Positions 22,860 to 34,126 of a DNA stretch of 64,000 bases are shown piece after piece. Each line of letters begins with the position of its first letter. Positions within the stretch are counted from its first letter, which is position 1. The translations under genes and the position numbers were made by a program. Below the pieces are notes generated by a model. The model was not told the DNA's origin and did no database searches. It saw only the letters and a program-made list of their open reading frames with translations. Source of the stretch: Alphaproteobacteria bacterium (GTDB taxonomy: Bacteria > Pseudomonadota > Alphaproteobacteria > SP197); the NCBI GenBank assembly GCA_964291265.2, contig OZ219747.1:2464001-2528000 (forward strand), read 5' to 3'.

Positions 22860-24827
22860 TCACGCGCCGATTGCCATGCCGGCCCTGAGCCCGTCGAGCA
22901 CCGCCTCCTCCGCCGTACGAGGCGATAGCGCATCGCCGATCACGTGCACTTCGCCCGGCCAGCCGGCGAGTTCGCCGGCAAGCGCCGTATCGCTCGCCGT
23001 GCCCTGACACAACACCAGGGTCTCCACGTCATCGCAGATGATCGAATCGTCGGTCACCGTGTGCTGCAGATAAACGGTGTCACGGTCGGCGCCGAACAGC
23101 CGTGCGTAGGTGATGATCTCGACGCCGAGCCTGGAGAGCTGGCCGATCCAGTGATCGCGCACTGCCTCCTGAAGGTTCTGTCCCGGGACCATTCCGGTGA
23201 CCGCCAGGCGTACACGGCAGCCGTCTCGGGCCAGCTTTTCGGCGAGGCCCAACCCGATCCAGTCACTCTTCCAGTCCGCAATCAGTACGGAGCTGCCGAC
23301 ATTGGCTTCGCCCCGGATGACCGACCAGGACTCGACCACGTGGGTCTCGTCTTCCCCCTCGACCGCGGGCAGGTAGGGCCGGCCACCGGTCGCGACGACT
23401 GCGGCGTCGGGACCGGCGTCGCGAATGGCCTTCGCCGTGACTGCGGCGCTGCGCTTGACGCGTACGCCCATGAGCTCCATCTCGCGAACGAGGTTGGTCA
23501 CGATACCGCCAAACTCGGCTCGCCCGGGAAGGGCCTGGGCCAGAAGGGCCTGCCCGCCGAGCCTGCCGCTCCGTTCGTAGAGTGTCACGTCGTGGCCGCG
23601 TTCCGCAAGCACCGCGGCGGCCTTCATTCCCGCCGGACCACCGCCCACGACCCAGATAGTCCTGCGCCGGTGCGCCGGCGACTTGATGTGGTCGAACGCG
23701 AGTTCGCGTCCGGTTTCGGGGTGCTGGATGCAGGAGACGGCGTGATACTGCAGTCGATGACCGAAGCATGCCTGGTTGCAGGCGATGCAGCTGCGGATGT
23801 CGTCCACGCGCCCGGCTTCGGCCTTCGCGGCGAACATGGGATCGGCGATCATGCCACGCACCATGCCGACCATGTCGGCCTGACCGCTGGCAATGATGTC
23901 CTCGGCGAGGTGTGGCTGGTTGACTCGCCCGGCCACCAGAACCGGTAGCGTCAGATGCTGTCTCAATGCTCCCGCGCAGGCCGCGACGTGACCCGGTTCG
24001 ATCGCCATGGGCGGAACGACCTCAATCCAACCTCGCGCCGTCTGCGTGTTGCCTCCGATGACGTTGATGTAGTCGACAAGGCCCCGGTCCTCAAGCACCC
24101 GGCAGACCTCCAGCACCTCGCCGGAGTCCATGGCCCCGGGCGTGGCGTCTGCGTCGCTGATCCTGACACCGAGGATCGGATCACAGCCGATGCGGGCCCG
24201 CGCGGCCTCGAGGATCTCGACGAGGAACCGCATGCGATTCTCGAGGCTTCCACCGTAGGCGTCGTCGCGCCGGTTCACCCTGGGATTCAGAAACTGGGCG
24301 ATCAGATAGCCCATGCTGGCCAGGATCTCGACGCCGTCGAGGCCGCCTTCGACGATATGGCCGGCGGCTCGCGCGTAGGAGTCGACCAGCTCGGCAAGCA
24401 GCGCCGGAGTGGCCGGTGTCGGCATGACGCTGTAGCGCTCGAACGGCACCGAAGACGACGAGACCGCCGGACGACGCGCGCCGTCCGGCGTGGCCCGAAC
24501 GGCCGCGCCCGGGTGAAAGAGCTGACCCAGGATCATGCAGTCGTGCCCGTGGACGGCGTCGGCCAGGCGCCGGAAGCCGGGCACGATGCCGGGCTCGCCC
24601 GCCAGCAGGTAACCGAAGGCGAGATCGAAGCTGGGATGCATCGACATCCCTTCGATGACGATCATGCCGGCGCCACCCCGGGCGCGTGCCTCGTGATAGG
24701 CGATGAGCGCGTCGGAGACCTTTCCCCGGTCACCGAGCGACGTACCGTGGGCCGGAAAGAACAACCGGTTCCGGATCCTGTGGCCCCGGATCCTGATCGG
24801 CTGGAACAAGTGCGGGAAGACGGACAT
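22860..24827 (-). CDS. NADH:flavin oxidoreductase (OYE/TMADH-like; StcD/DgcA type)
   Basis: FPHLFQPIRI, YHEARARGGAG, NRRDDAYGGSLENRMRF, CIACNQAC...C Fe-S motif, VVGGGPAGM. Confidence 0.9.
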   Translation of the reverse strand: MSVFPHLFQPIRIRGHRIRNRLFFPAHGTSLGDRGKVSDALIAYHEARARGGAGMIVIEGMSMHPSFDLAFGYLLAGEPGIVPGFRRLADAVHGHDCMILGQLFHPGAAVRATPDGARRPAVSSSSVPFERYSVMPTPATPALLAELVDSYARAAGHIVEGGLDGVEILASMGYLIAQFLNPRVNRRDDAYGGSLENRMRFLVEILEAARARIGCDPILGVRISDADATPGAMDSGEVLEVCRVLEDRGLVDYINVIGGNTQTARGWIEVVPPMAIEPGHVAACAGALRQHLTLPVLVAGRVNQPHLAEDIIASGQADMVGMVRGMIADPMFAAKAEAGRVDDIRSCIACNQACFGHRLQYHAVSCIQHPETGRELAFDHIKSPAHRRRTIWVVGGGPAGMKAAAVLAERGHDVTLYERSGRLGGQALLAQALPGRAEFGGIVTNLVREMELMGVRVKRSAAVTAKAIRDAGPDAAVVATGGRPYLPAVEGEDETHVVESWSVIRGEANVGSSVLIADWKSDWIGLGLAEKLARDGCRVRLAVTGMVPGQNLQEAVRDHWIGQLSRLGVEIITYARLFGADRDTVYLQHTVTDDSIICDDVETLVLCQGTASDTALAGELAGWPGEVHVIGDALSPRTAEEAVLDGLRAGMAIGA

Positions 24828-24935
24828 GGCCGATTTCCGTGACGTTCGGACCGCCTGAGCAACGCAATGTGGCTTGATGCCATGGTCTCCGCCAATTGTA
24901 TACTCTTCAGTGGACTCGACCCCGGGGGTACAGCC

Positions 24936-26087
24936 ATGGACCACAGGGTTGTTGGGCGGCGCTCGTCCTGGAGCGACGTGGAGGCGCTTGCTGGGGCGGA
25001 TGCCCTGGAAGCACTGGAGAGGCCGGTCGACAGGGCGTCGGCATTGCCCAACGTGTGCTACACGAACGCGGCGTGGCAGGAGCTTGAGTTCGAGCGCCTC
25101 TTCGCCCGAAGCTGGTTTGTCGCCGGCTTCGTCCAGGACGTGCCGCAGCCCGGTGATGTCATGCCGGTCGATGCCCTCGGGACGCCGCTCCTCGTGCTGC
25201 GCGGCGTGGATGGCGAGGTCCGCGTCTTCCACAACGTGTGTCGCTACCGGCGCGCGGTGCTGGTCTCCGAGCAGTGCTCGGGGCTCCGGGAACTCGTCTC
25301 TCCCGGCCACGGCTGGACCTACGGGCTCGATGGTTCGCTCCGGGGCTGTCCACGCGGCGGTCACGACGATGCGCCTGGACTGGTGCCGGTGCGTTCGGAG
25401 GTGTGGCACCACTGGATATTCGTCAACTTGGATGGCGAGGCGCCCGCGCTGCAGGACTACCTGGCGCCGGCGGCAGACCTCGTCCGTGGCTACGACCTTG
25501 CGGCATCACGTCATGCCGGGACAGTGCGTTTCGAGGTCGCGGCCAACTGGAAGCTGGCGCTGGAGAACTACATCGAACCCTACCATGTCTTCTCGGCCCA
25601 TCCGAGGTTGCATGCCTTCGTTGCGATGTCGGAACGGACGCCGAGCCGAATCGATCGTCACGTGATGTGGAATCGCTATCTCTTCAAGGCGGCCGAACCT
25701 GGAAGAGGCGACGGACTGCCCTACTTCCCGAACCTGTCGGACGAGGCCGTCCGCCAGGGTGTCTGGTTCATCCTTCCCACGGCCTTTGGCGTCGAAGTCT
25801 ATCCGGATCACGTGGCGAGCTTTCACGTTGCGCCGGTCGCACCTGACCGTTGCCGCGAGCGCATCGACGTCTACCTGGTCGGTGAGGCTGCCACCTCGCC
25901 TGACTGGGCGGACGGACGCCAGGCCGTGCTCGACATGTGGGACGAACTCAATCACGAGGACATGGGCCTCATCGAGAGCATGCAGAGGGGCCGGATGTCG
26001 CCGGCCTACGATGGCGGTTGTCTGTCGGAGTACTGGGACGAGGCTCCTCTCCATCTCAGCCGCATGGTCGTCGAAGGCATGCGCTGA
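24936..26087 (+). CDS. Rieske non-heme iron oxygenase alpha subunit with a degenerate Rieske motif
   Basis: FHNVCRYRR...VSPGHGWTY; ANWKLALENYIEPYHVFSAH; NHEDMGLIESMQRG. Confidence 0.85.
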   Translation: MDHRVVGRRSSWSDVEALAGADALEALERPVDRASALPNVCYTNAAWQELEFERLFARSWFVAGFVQDVPQPGDVMPVDALGTPLLVLRGVDGEVRVFHNVCRYRRAVLVSEQCSGLRELVSPGHGWTYGLDGSLRGCPRGGHDDAPGLVPVRSEVWHHWIFVNLDGEAPALQDYLAPAADLVRGYDLAASRHAGTVRFEVAANWKLALENYIEPYHVFSAHPRLHAFVAMSERTPSRIDRHVMWNRYLFKAAEPGRGDGLPYFPNLSDEAVRQGVWFILPTAFGVEVYPDHVASFHVAPVAPDRCRERIDVYLVGEAATSPDWADGRQAVLDMWDELNHEDMGLIESMQRGRMSPAYDGGCLSEYWDEAPLHLSRMVVEGMR

Positions 26088-26467
26088 CCCTTGTCGGGTT
26101 CCAGGCGGTCATGATCCCTCCGACGTCCTGGATTGATGTCATTGGTTGTGCAGCGGGTCGTGGTCCTTCGCCGTGATGTTCATGGGAACACTCCGGTCGG
26201 GAATGTCCTTCCGGAGCCAGAAGGCGCGGTTCCGCTGCCTGGCTCGGGTCGCCTCTTCCTTGCCGCCGTCCGGGTGTTCGGGTATCGAATGAAGCCTGTT
26301 GTCGATTCCGAGTACCCACGGTCAGGATCGCGAGGTGCGTCCGGTTTCAGATTCCGATGTCATCTGACGCCGAGCGGAACCGGTCGGCATGGGCCGACCG
26401 ACGGACGTGGTGGTCGCCTGGCGATCCTGATCGCGATACCGTCATCCGGACCCGACAAGGAGGGATC

Positions 26468-28099
26468 ATGCGCGCAAGCAAGTCGAGAATCGTGCTCATC
26501 GCCATGGCAGCTGTCGTTCTGGCGGGCAGCCTCTCCCCGGCCTGGAGCGCTGACGCCCACCCGGTCACGGGCGAAACCCTGTCGGACGACCAGACCTTCA
26601 CCTATCGCCTGCTCGACCAGTTTCCGACCCTCGACCCGCAGCTCAACCAGGACGTGTCAGGGTTCCACGTGATCCGCGACCTCTTCGAAGGCCTCCTGAG
26701 CCAGGACGCCGAGGGCAACCTCGTGCCGGGGGTGGCGACGCATTTCGTGGCGTCTGACAACAACACGACCTACACGTTCACACTGCGCAGGGACGCCGAA
26801 TGGTCGAACGGCGATCAAGTGACTGCGCATGATTTCGTCTACGCATGGAGGCGGGCGGTAGACCCTGTCACCGCTTCGCCCTACGGCTGGTACCTTGAAC
26901 TCACTCAGATCGAGAACGCAGCGGACATCCTGACCGGTGAAAGGGAGCCTTCCGAACTCGGGGTGCGTGCCGTGGACGATCACACCCTCGAAGTGAGGTT
27001 GTTCGCTCCCCTGCCTTACTTTCCGGCGATGACGACCTATGCGACGCTGTTCCCGACGCACCAGGCGACCATCGAGGCTCATGGCGCCAAGTGGACGGAA
27101 CCCGGGAACATGGTCTCCAACGGTGCCTACGTGCTCACGGATCTGGTGCTGAACGAATACCACAGGCGCGTGAAGAATCCCGAGTACTGGGATGCCGACA
27201 GCGTGATCATCGAGGAGGTGACAGGCCTCGTCATCAACGATGACAACCAGGCCCTGACCCGTTATCGCGCCGGTGAACTCGATCACCTCCAGCCCCTGCC
27301 CGCCGGCCAGTTTCCGGCGCTCAGGGAAGAAATGCCCGACGAGGCCACCAGTGTCCCGCGTCTGTGTTCCTACTACTACGCCATCAACCACAGCGAGAGC
27401 GGGCATGCCGCACTGCAGGACGCGCGCGTGCGCAGGGCACTCGGCATGGCCATCGACCGCGACGTGATCGTCGAACGCCTGCTCAAGGGCGGCCAGTGGC
27501 CCGCCTACAGTTTCACGCATCTCAAGACTGCAGGCTTCGTGATGCCCGAGATCGCTTATGCGGCGCTCTCTCAGGCCGAGCGCGACGGCGAGGCCAGGCG
27601 CCTCATGGAGGCTTCCGGGATCGAAGACCTGACGCTCAGACTGATCTACAACACCTCCGAAAGCCACAAGCAGATCGCCACTGTCATCAGCCAGATGTGG
27701 AAGCAGAAACTCGGCGTGACTACGGAACTGGCCAACTTCGAATGGAAGACCTACCTCAACATCATGGACAATCAGGAATTCGACCTCGCCCGATCAGGGT
27801 GGTGCGGCGACTACAACGAGGCGTCGACCTTTCTCGACCTGCTCACCACTGCCCATGGCGCGAATCGCGGCAAGTACTCGAACCCTGACGTCGACGAACT
27901 CATGAGCGCCTCGAAGACCGTCGGCGACCCGGGCGCGGTCTACGCCGAGGTCGAACAGATCCTTGCCGAGGACATGGCCATCATTCCGATCTATCACTAC
28001 GCCAACACGTTCCTGCTCTCCAGCGACATACGGGGCTGGCCCTATGACAACGTCGAGAACAACTGGTACTCGAAGAACCTCTATCGCGTAGCGGACTGA
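26468..28099 (+). CDS. oppA: Oligopeptide ABC transporter substrate-binding protein
   Basis: Signal peptide; WSNGDQVTAHDFVYAWRRAVDP; VSNGAY; GWCGDYNEASTFL. Confidence 0.93.
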   Translation: MRASKSRIVLIAMAAVVLAGSLSPAWSADAHPVTGETLSDDQTFTYRLLDQFPTLDPQLNQDVSGFHVIRDLFEGLLSQDAEGNLVPGVATHFVASDNNTTYTFTLRRDAEWSNGDQVTAHDFVYAWRRAVDPVTASPYGWYLELTQIENAADILTGEREPSELGVRAVDDHTLEVRLFAPLPYFPAMTTYATLFPTHQATIEAHGAKWTEPGNMVSNGAYVLTDLVLNEYHRRVKNPEYWDADSVIIEEVTGLVINDDNQALTRYRAGELDHLQPLPAGQFPALREEMPDEATSVPRLCSYYYAINHSESGHAALQDARVRRALGMAIDRDVIVERLLKGGQWPAYSFTHLKTAGFVMPEIAYAALSQAERDGEARRLMEASGIEDLTLRLIYNTSESHKQIATVISQMWKQKLGVTTELANFEWKTYLNIMDNQEFDLARSGWCGDYNEASTFLDLLTTAHGANRGKYSNPDVDELMSASKTVGDPGAVYAEVEQILAEDMAIIPIYHYANTFLLSSDIRGWPYDNVENNWYSKNLYRVAD

Positions 28100-28129
28100 T
28101 CGCAGGTCCCGAAACGTCCGGATTGGCGG

Positions 28130-29053
28130 ATGATCCAGTACGTTGCCAGGCGTCTTGCGGTCGCTGTGCCGACCCTCCTCGTTCTCATCATCGTTTCCTA
28201 TGTCCTGATGCATGCTGCTCCGGGCGGCCCGTTCGACACCGAGCGTACCCTGCCGCCGGAGGTCATGGCCAATCTTCAGCACAAGTACGGTCTCGATCAG
28301 CCGCTCGTCGTTCAGATCTGGCGCTATGTCGTTTCCGTCGTGACCAAATTCGATTTCGGACCGTCGTTCCAGTACACGGACCAGACGGTCAATGACGTGA
28401 TTCGCCAGGGTTTCCCGGTGACACTGACCTACGGCGCGTGGTCGTTCCTGGTGGCGGTCCTGGCGGGCGTCTCGCTGGGTATCGCGGCGGCCATCTCCCA
28501 CAACTCCTTTCTCGACTACCTCTGCGTTGGCGTTTCCGTCGGCGCCCAAGTCCTCCCGAACTTCGTTCTCGCGCCTGTGCTGACAATGGTCTTCACCCTT
28601 TGGCTGGCCTGGCTTCCGGGCGGAGGCTGGCAGGGCGGGCACTGGTCCTACGTCATCCTGCCGGTCATCGCGCTCTCGACGTCGTTCATGGCCTCGATCG
28701 CTCGCATGACCAGATCGTCCATGCTGGAGGCGCTGAATGCCGACTTCATTCGCACCGCACGGGCCAAGGGGCTGCCGATGCGCCAGATCGTGTGCCGCCA
28801 CGCACTCAAACCCACGATGCTGCCGGTGATCTCCTATCTCGGGCCGACATTCGTTGGCATGATCACCGGCTCCGTTGTGATTGACGTGTTCTTTGCGACT
28901 GGTGGAATCGGCCAGTTCTTCGTCAACTCGGCGCTGAATCGCGACTATCCGGTGATCATGGGAATCACCATCCTGTCGGGTGCGCTCACCATTGCCTTCA
29001 ACCTCGCGGTCGACCTGCTCTACGCCTGGTTGGACCCGCGCATCCGGTACTGA
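28130..29053 (+). CDS. oppB: Oligopeptide ABC permease
   Basis: HAAPGGPFD, EAA motif FIRTARAKGL, LDPRIRY end. Confidence 0.93.
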   Translation: MIQYVARRLAVAVPTLLVLIIVSYVLMHAAPGGPFDTERTLPPEVMANLQHKYGLDQPLVVQIWRYVVSVVTKFDFGPSFQYTDQTVNDVIRQGFPVTLTYGAWSFLVAVLAGVSLGIAAAISHNSFLDYLCVGVSVGAQVLPNFVLAPVLTMVFTLWLAWLPGGGWQGGHWSYVILPVIALSTSFMASIARMTRSSMLEALNADFIRTARAKGLPMRQIVCRHALKPTMLPVISYLGPTFVGMITGSVVIDVFFATGGIGQFFVNSALNRDYPVIMGITILSGALTIAFNLAVDLLYAWLDPRIRY

Positions 29054-29054
29054 C

Positions 29055-29990
29055 GTGTCGCCCCTTCTCTTCGGCCACCGCGCCATCCGGTCCCCGGCCA
29101 CGACCGGCGACTCGGATGCCTCCGGTGGCCGCTCGCTCTGGCAGGACGCACGTGGCCGCTTTCTCCGCAACCGTGCCGCGGTGACCAGTCTTGCGGTTCT
29201 CGCACTCCTTGTTTTCTTCGTGCTCTTCGGTGACATCCTTGCAGCCTGGTCCAACGAAGAGATCGACTGGTCCATGCTCGGCAAAGTTGCGGAGGAAGGC
29301 GGCCCCTCGTTCACCAACGGCCACTACTTCGGGGTGGACGAACTGGGGCGCGACCTCTTTGCGCGTACGGTACAGGGAACCGGAATATCGCTGATGGTCG
29401 GCGTTCTGGGGGCCCTGGTCTCGATGGTGGTCGGTACCCTCTACGGGGCCGTGGCGGGATACGTCGGCGGCGCGGTGGACAACGTCATGATGCGCGTTGT
29501 CGATGTGTTGATGGCCATTCCCTACATGTTCGTGCTGATCGTGTTCATGGTCGTGTTCGGTCGTTCCATCCTGATGCTGTTCGTGGGCATCGGACTCATC
29601 AGCTGGCTCGACATGGCGCGCATCGCGCGGGGACAGACGCTCTCCATCAAGAACCGTGACTTTGTCGAAGCCGCCGTCGCGATCGGCGTCGGCCCTGGAA
29701 AGATCATCCTGCGCCACATCATCCCCAATCTTCTGGGCGTGGTCGCTGTCTACGCGACACTGCTCGTACCTTCTATGATCATCTACGAGAGTTTCATCAG
29801 CTTTCTCGGCCTCGGCGTGCAGGAACCCGACACGAGCCTGGGTGCGCTCATCAGCGACGGAGCGGGCCAGATGCAGTACGGCACACTCTGGCAGCTCCTG
29901 TTCCCGCTCTTCTTCTTCGTCACCACGCTGTTCGCGTTCTTCTTCGTCGGCGACGGATTGCGCGATGCGCTGGATCCCAGGGACCGATGA
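29055..29990 (+). CDS. oppC: Oligopeptide ABC permease
   Basis: GRSLWQDA..RFLRN, HYFGVDELGRDL, GDGLRDALDPR; GTG start inferred. Confidence 0.92.
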   Translation: MSPLLFGHRAIRSPATTGDSDASGGRSLWQDARGRFLRNRAAVTSLAVLALLVFFVLFGDILAAWSNEEIDWSMLGKVAEEGGPSFTNGHYFGVDELGRDLFARTVQGTGISLMVGVLGALVSMVVGTLYGAVAGYVGGAVDNVMMRVVDVLMAIPYMFVLIVFMVVFGRSILMLFVGIGLISWLDMARIARGQTLSIKNRDFVEAAVAIGVGPGKIILRHIIPNLLGVVAVYATLLVPSMIIYESFISFLGLGVQEPDTSLGALISDGAGQMQYGTLWQLLFPLFFFVTTLFAFFFVGDGLRDALDPRDR

Positions 29991-29993
29991 GTC

Positions 29994-30965
29994 GTGACCC
30001 TGCTTCAGGTGCGTGACCTCAGCGTTTCCTTCCGGACAGGCGACGGCACGGTCAACGCCGTGAACGGGGTCGACCTCGCGGTCGCGGATGGACAGGCAAT
30101 TGCCGTGGTCGGCGAGAGCGGTTCGGGCAAGAGCCAGATCATGCACGCCATCATGGGACTCCTGGCGCGAAACGGCACGGCGTCGGGCTCGATCCTGTTT
30201 GATGGCACGGAACTGCTGGGTCTTGACGAGCGTGCTTTCAACCGGATTCGCGCACGCGAGATCGCGATGGTCTTTCAGGATCCGATGACGGCGCTCAATC
30301 CCTACATGAGAGTCTCGCACCAGATGACCGAGGTGCTGACGTTGCACGAGGGCCTGGGCCGGGGCGAGGCGCTCGGTGAAGCGGTCCGCCTGCTCGACGC
30401 CATGGAAGTGCCCGAGGCGCGTACCCGCATCGCCATGTATCCGCATGAATTGTCCGGCGGCATGCGCCAGCGGGTGCTGATCGCGATGGCGCTGCTTTGC
30501 CGTCCTCGCCTGCTGATCGCAGACGAACCCACCACGGCGCTCGACGCCACGGTTCGCGGCCAGATCATGCGCCTTCTCGGAGACGTGAAGTCGAGGTTCG
30601 ACACCGCCGTCATTCTCGTCACTCACGATGCCGGCATCGTCGCGGGACACTGCGACGAGATGGTCGTGCTCTACGGCGGCCAGGTGATGGAAAGCGGTCC
30701 GGTGGCTCAGACATTCGCCGCACCGCACCACCCCTACACACGCGGCCTGCTGGATGCCGTGCCGAGGCTCGACCGCGACGACGAGAGGTTGCGCGCCATC
30801 CCCGGAGACCCGCCGGGCATGCACCGGCTTCCCGGCGGCTGCCCCTATGCGGCGCGTTGTCCGCGGGCGGACGAGCGCTGTCATCATGTGCGGCCTCCCG
30901 GCGTCAGTCATGCACCGGGCCGGAGGGTTGCCTGTCACTGGCCCCTGGTAGGCGGTGGGGAATGA
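29994..30965 (+). CDS. oppD: Oligopeptide ABC ATP-binding protein
   Basis: [29 protein letters not shown]. Confidence 0.93.
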   Translation: MTLLQVRDLSVSFRTGDGTVNAVNGVDLAVADGQAIAVVGESGSGKSQIMHAIMGLLARNGTASGSILFDGTELLGLDERAFNRIRAREIAMVFQDPMTALNPYMRVSHQMTEVLTLHEGLGRGEALGEAVRLLDAMEVPEARTRIAMYPHELSGGMRQRVLIAMALLCRPRLLIADEPTTALDATVRGQIMRLLGDVKSRFDTAVILVTHDAGIVAGHCDEMVVLYGGQVMESGPVAQTFAAPHHPYTRGLLDAVPRLDRDDERLRAIPGDPPGMHRLPGGCPYAARCPRADERCHHVRPPGVSHAPGRRVACHWPLVGGGE

Positions 30966-31942
30966 ACGAACCCCTTCTTTCCGTGAGGGACCTATGCGTC
31001 ACCTTCCGCGTGCGTCCGGGAGGGCGTCCCCCCTGGTCCCCACCGAAAGAGCTTCGAGCCGTCCGGGGCGTCGGATTTGATCTCGCTCCGGCCGAAACGC
31101 TCGGTATCGTCGGCGAGAGCGGATCCGGCAAGTCCACCCTTGCCCGCTCCCTGATCGGGACGGTGCCCGCCACCGGGGGCCGGGCGCTGTGGCAGGGCAG
31201 GGATATGCTGGCTCTGGATCCCGCAGAGCGCCGGCTCCTGCGCCGCGACATGCAGATGATCTTCCAGGATCCCCTGGGGGCCCTGGATCCCCGCATGACG
31301 GCTGGCAAGATCATCGCAGAACCTCTCGTGACCCATGAACCGGGCCTGTCAAGGCACGAGATCGCATCGCGAGTGAGAGGGCTGCTCGAGCGGGTGGGCC
31401 TGCTTCCCGAACACATCAACCGCTACCCCCACGAGTTTTCCGGCGGCCAGTGCCAGCGCATCGGCATTGCCCGCGCACTCATCGTCGAGCCCAGGCTCCT
31501 GATCTGCGACGAACCCGTCTCGGCGCTCGACGTCAGCGTGCAGGCCCAGATCGTCAACCTGCTTCGCGACCTGCAGCGCGACCTTGAACTCTCGCTGATC
31601 TTCATCTCTCACGATCTGAGTGTGGTGAAGCACATCGCTGACCGGATTCTGGTGTTCTACCTCGGCAGGGTCATGGAGCATGGCGCGGCACGCGATCTCG
31701 TTCGCGATCCACGCCATCCCTATACCCGCGCCCTGATCGCGGCGACGCCGGTCCCCGATCCCGCCAAGGAGCGCGGAGGTCCGGCCGCGGGTCTCGAGGG
31801 CGAGGTGCCGTCGCCCCTGTCGCCCCCTTCCGGATGCGTGTTTCGCACCCGCTGTCCTCTGGCCCGCCAATCCTGCGCCGAGGCCGTTCCGGCATTGCAG
31901 GAACACGACGACGGTCGTTTCGTGGCCTGTCCTTTTGGCTGA
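30962..31942 (+). CDS. oppF: Oligopeptide ABC ATP-binding protein
   Basis: [30 protein letters not shown]; ATGA overlap with oppD. Confidence 0.93.
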   Translation: MNEPLLSVRDLCVTFRVRPGGRPPWSPPKELRAVRGVGFDLAPAETLGIVGESGSGKSTLARSLIGTVPATGGRALWQGRDMLALDPAERRLLRRDMQMIFQDPLGALDPRMTAGKIIAEPLVTHEPGLSRHEIASRVRGLLERVGLLPEHINRYPHEFSGGQCQRIGIARALIVEPRLLICDEPVSALDVSVQAQIVNLLRDLQRDLELSLIFISHDLSVVKHIADRILVFYLGRVMEHGAARDLVRDPRHPYTRALIAATPVPDPAKERGGPAAGLEGEVPSPLSPPSGCVFRTRCPLARQSCAEAVPALQEHDDGRFVACPFG

Positions 31943-32758
31943 GACGGGACAGACCGGGTCGAGCGTGCCTGACCTCGCTCACTGGAAGGCGCCAGACGTC
32001 AGGACACCTCTCCCGTCGCCCTTGACCGCGGTGGGCGCGTTGTCGGTCGTCAGACCTCCATCCGGTCTCACACCCTGGCCACCGCCGACGAGATCGCAGA
32101 GGCGGCGCACGGTCACATGACAAGGAGTGTCGTCGGCACAGGCCCTTTCTGCGTCCGGCGCGCGTGCGCCAGAGATCCCCGATGAGTCTTCCGGATCCCG
32201 TTTCAGATTGGCCAGTTCAACGTGACAGCCGAAATGATGGCGACGCGGAAAGTTGGGTTGTCCATTGCGTGCGCCTCCGTCGGCCGGACAATCGTGAGAC
32301 GCAACAAGGCGTCAAGGCCGGCGATCAGGGCACGGGGAACGATCGGCTTGACTGGCATTGTCGCGTATGGCCCATGGCGAGGACGTGATTCGGGTCGGAG
32401 GAGGCTCGGAGCGGGTCTCTCCGCGATTCCACATGGATCGGCATGTCCGCTCCGGAAGGTCGCAGGGATGATCGGTTTGCCCGAGCGCCTGCTTCTTCGC
32501 CGGAATCGAGAAGACGACGATGTCTGCGAGAACAAACGCGAGCGCGACGAAGAGGCATTCGTCTGTGCTCCTCGGTTTTGTCGAGTGCCGCGGGGAATCC
32601 CTGTATTTGCAAACGAAGGCGAGCAATGTCTGCAGGAAGTAGAAGGAACGGGGGGATCCAGAGCGGGATTGCAGAGATACCGCATCCGGGGCCGAGAGAC
32701 AGCCTTGATTCCCGTTACGGCCGACCGATAGTGTCATTCACCACACCGGGGCACAGTC

Positions 32759-33912
32759 ATGCCGCTTCTTCACTTCCCCCGCCACGAATTCGATCGCCGT
32801 CTCGCCAGGGCCGTGCCGCCATCGAGCGTCAAGGGCTTGATGGTCTGGTGCTGTTTCGCCAGGACAGCATGTACTATCTCACCGGCTATGACACGAGCGG
32901 CTACTCCATGTTCCAGGGCATGTACCTCGGAACGGACGGTGCACTGGCACTGCTGACACGTTCGGCGGACCGAATCCAGTCCCGCGAAACGTCCATCGTC
33001 GAGGACATTCGCATCTGGCAGGATCGCGAGGATGCATCGCCTGGCGACGATCTGAGAGACATGCTCGAGGACCACGGGTGCCGTGGAAGGCGTCTCGGCG
33101 TCGAGTATCACGCCTACGGTCTCACCGGACAGCGCGCGAAGATGGTCGATGCTGCGCTCGACGGATTCTGCCAGACTATCGATGCTTCCGATCTCGTCCG
33201 CCTGCTCCGGCTCTTCAAGAGCGAGGCGGAACTCGCCTACGTGCGCAAGGCAGGATCGCTGTGCGACCGGATTCTTGATGTCAGCATGAAGCGCACAGTC
33301 CCGGGCGCCTCCGTGAAAGCGGTCTACGGGGCGATGATGCAGGCGTTGATGGAGGGTGGTGGCGATCCGACCGCTGGCCGCTGGCCCATGGGTGCCGGCG
33401 AGGCGGCCGTGTTCTGCCGCTATCACACCGGCGACGAGATCGTGGCAGAGCAGGATCAGGTCGTGTTCGAACCGGCTGCAGCCTTCCGCCACTACCACGC
33501 GGCCATGATGTACAACATTCTTGCCGGAACCCCGGATCACCGCCATGTGAGCATGAACCGCGCATGCGCCGATGCCATCGATGCCTGCCTGGAGACTCTG
33601 CGCCCGGGAAGGACGGTTGGCGACGTGTTCGACGCACACGCAACGACACTGGGCAAGGCCGGATTCGGCCATGCCCTGCTTGCTGCCTGCGGCTACACGA
33701 TGGGGGCGATGTATCCCCCGACATGGATGGACTGGCCGATGGTGTGGGCCGGGAATCCGCAGGTTCTGGAGCCCGGCATGGTGTTTTTCCTTCACATGAT
33801 CCTGCTCGACGACTCCACCGGACTGAGCATGTGCATCGGTGAGACCGCGATCGTGACCAAGGGCGAATGCGAACGCGTCAACCATGTCCCCCGGGAGCCT
33901 ATCGTCAACTGA
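32759..33912 (+). pseudogene. M24 (Xaa-Pro peptidase / ectoine hydrolase-like) protein with a 1-bp frameshift near 32811 (possibly a sequencing error)
   Basis: MPLLHFPRHEFDRRLAR joins RAAIERQGLDGLVLFRQDSMYYLTGYD if one base is added; C-terminal PGMVFFLHM...IGETAIV. Confidence 0.85.
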
Positions 33913-34126
33913 CACGGCATCGTCCCACCGTGCTTCCTGCGAAGAAAACGGGAAGGCTGATCGCAGGAGAGTCTTCGGGCGCCACGACAGCAGGCCTGCT
34001 GAGGGACCCGAAGTGGGCGGTGCACATGGAGATGGCATTGCTGCCGGAGGCGACGGGACGTGTGTACCGCATCAGACGTCGAGGAAGGCCGGGCGTCGCT
34101 TCCGTCCGCAACTGGATGCTCAACGG

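Noticed and set aside
31943-32758. ~800-bp spacer between oppF and the M24 gene
   Set aside because: No convincing ORF, repeat or RNA motif; it may be a decayed gene but cannot be assigned.
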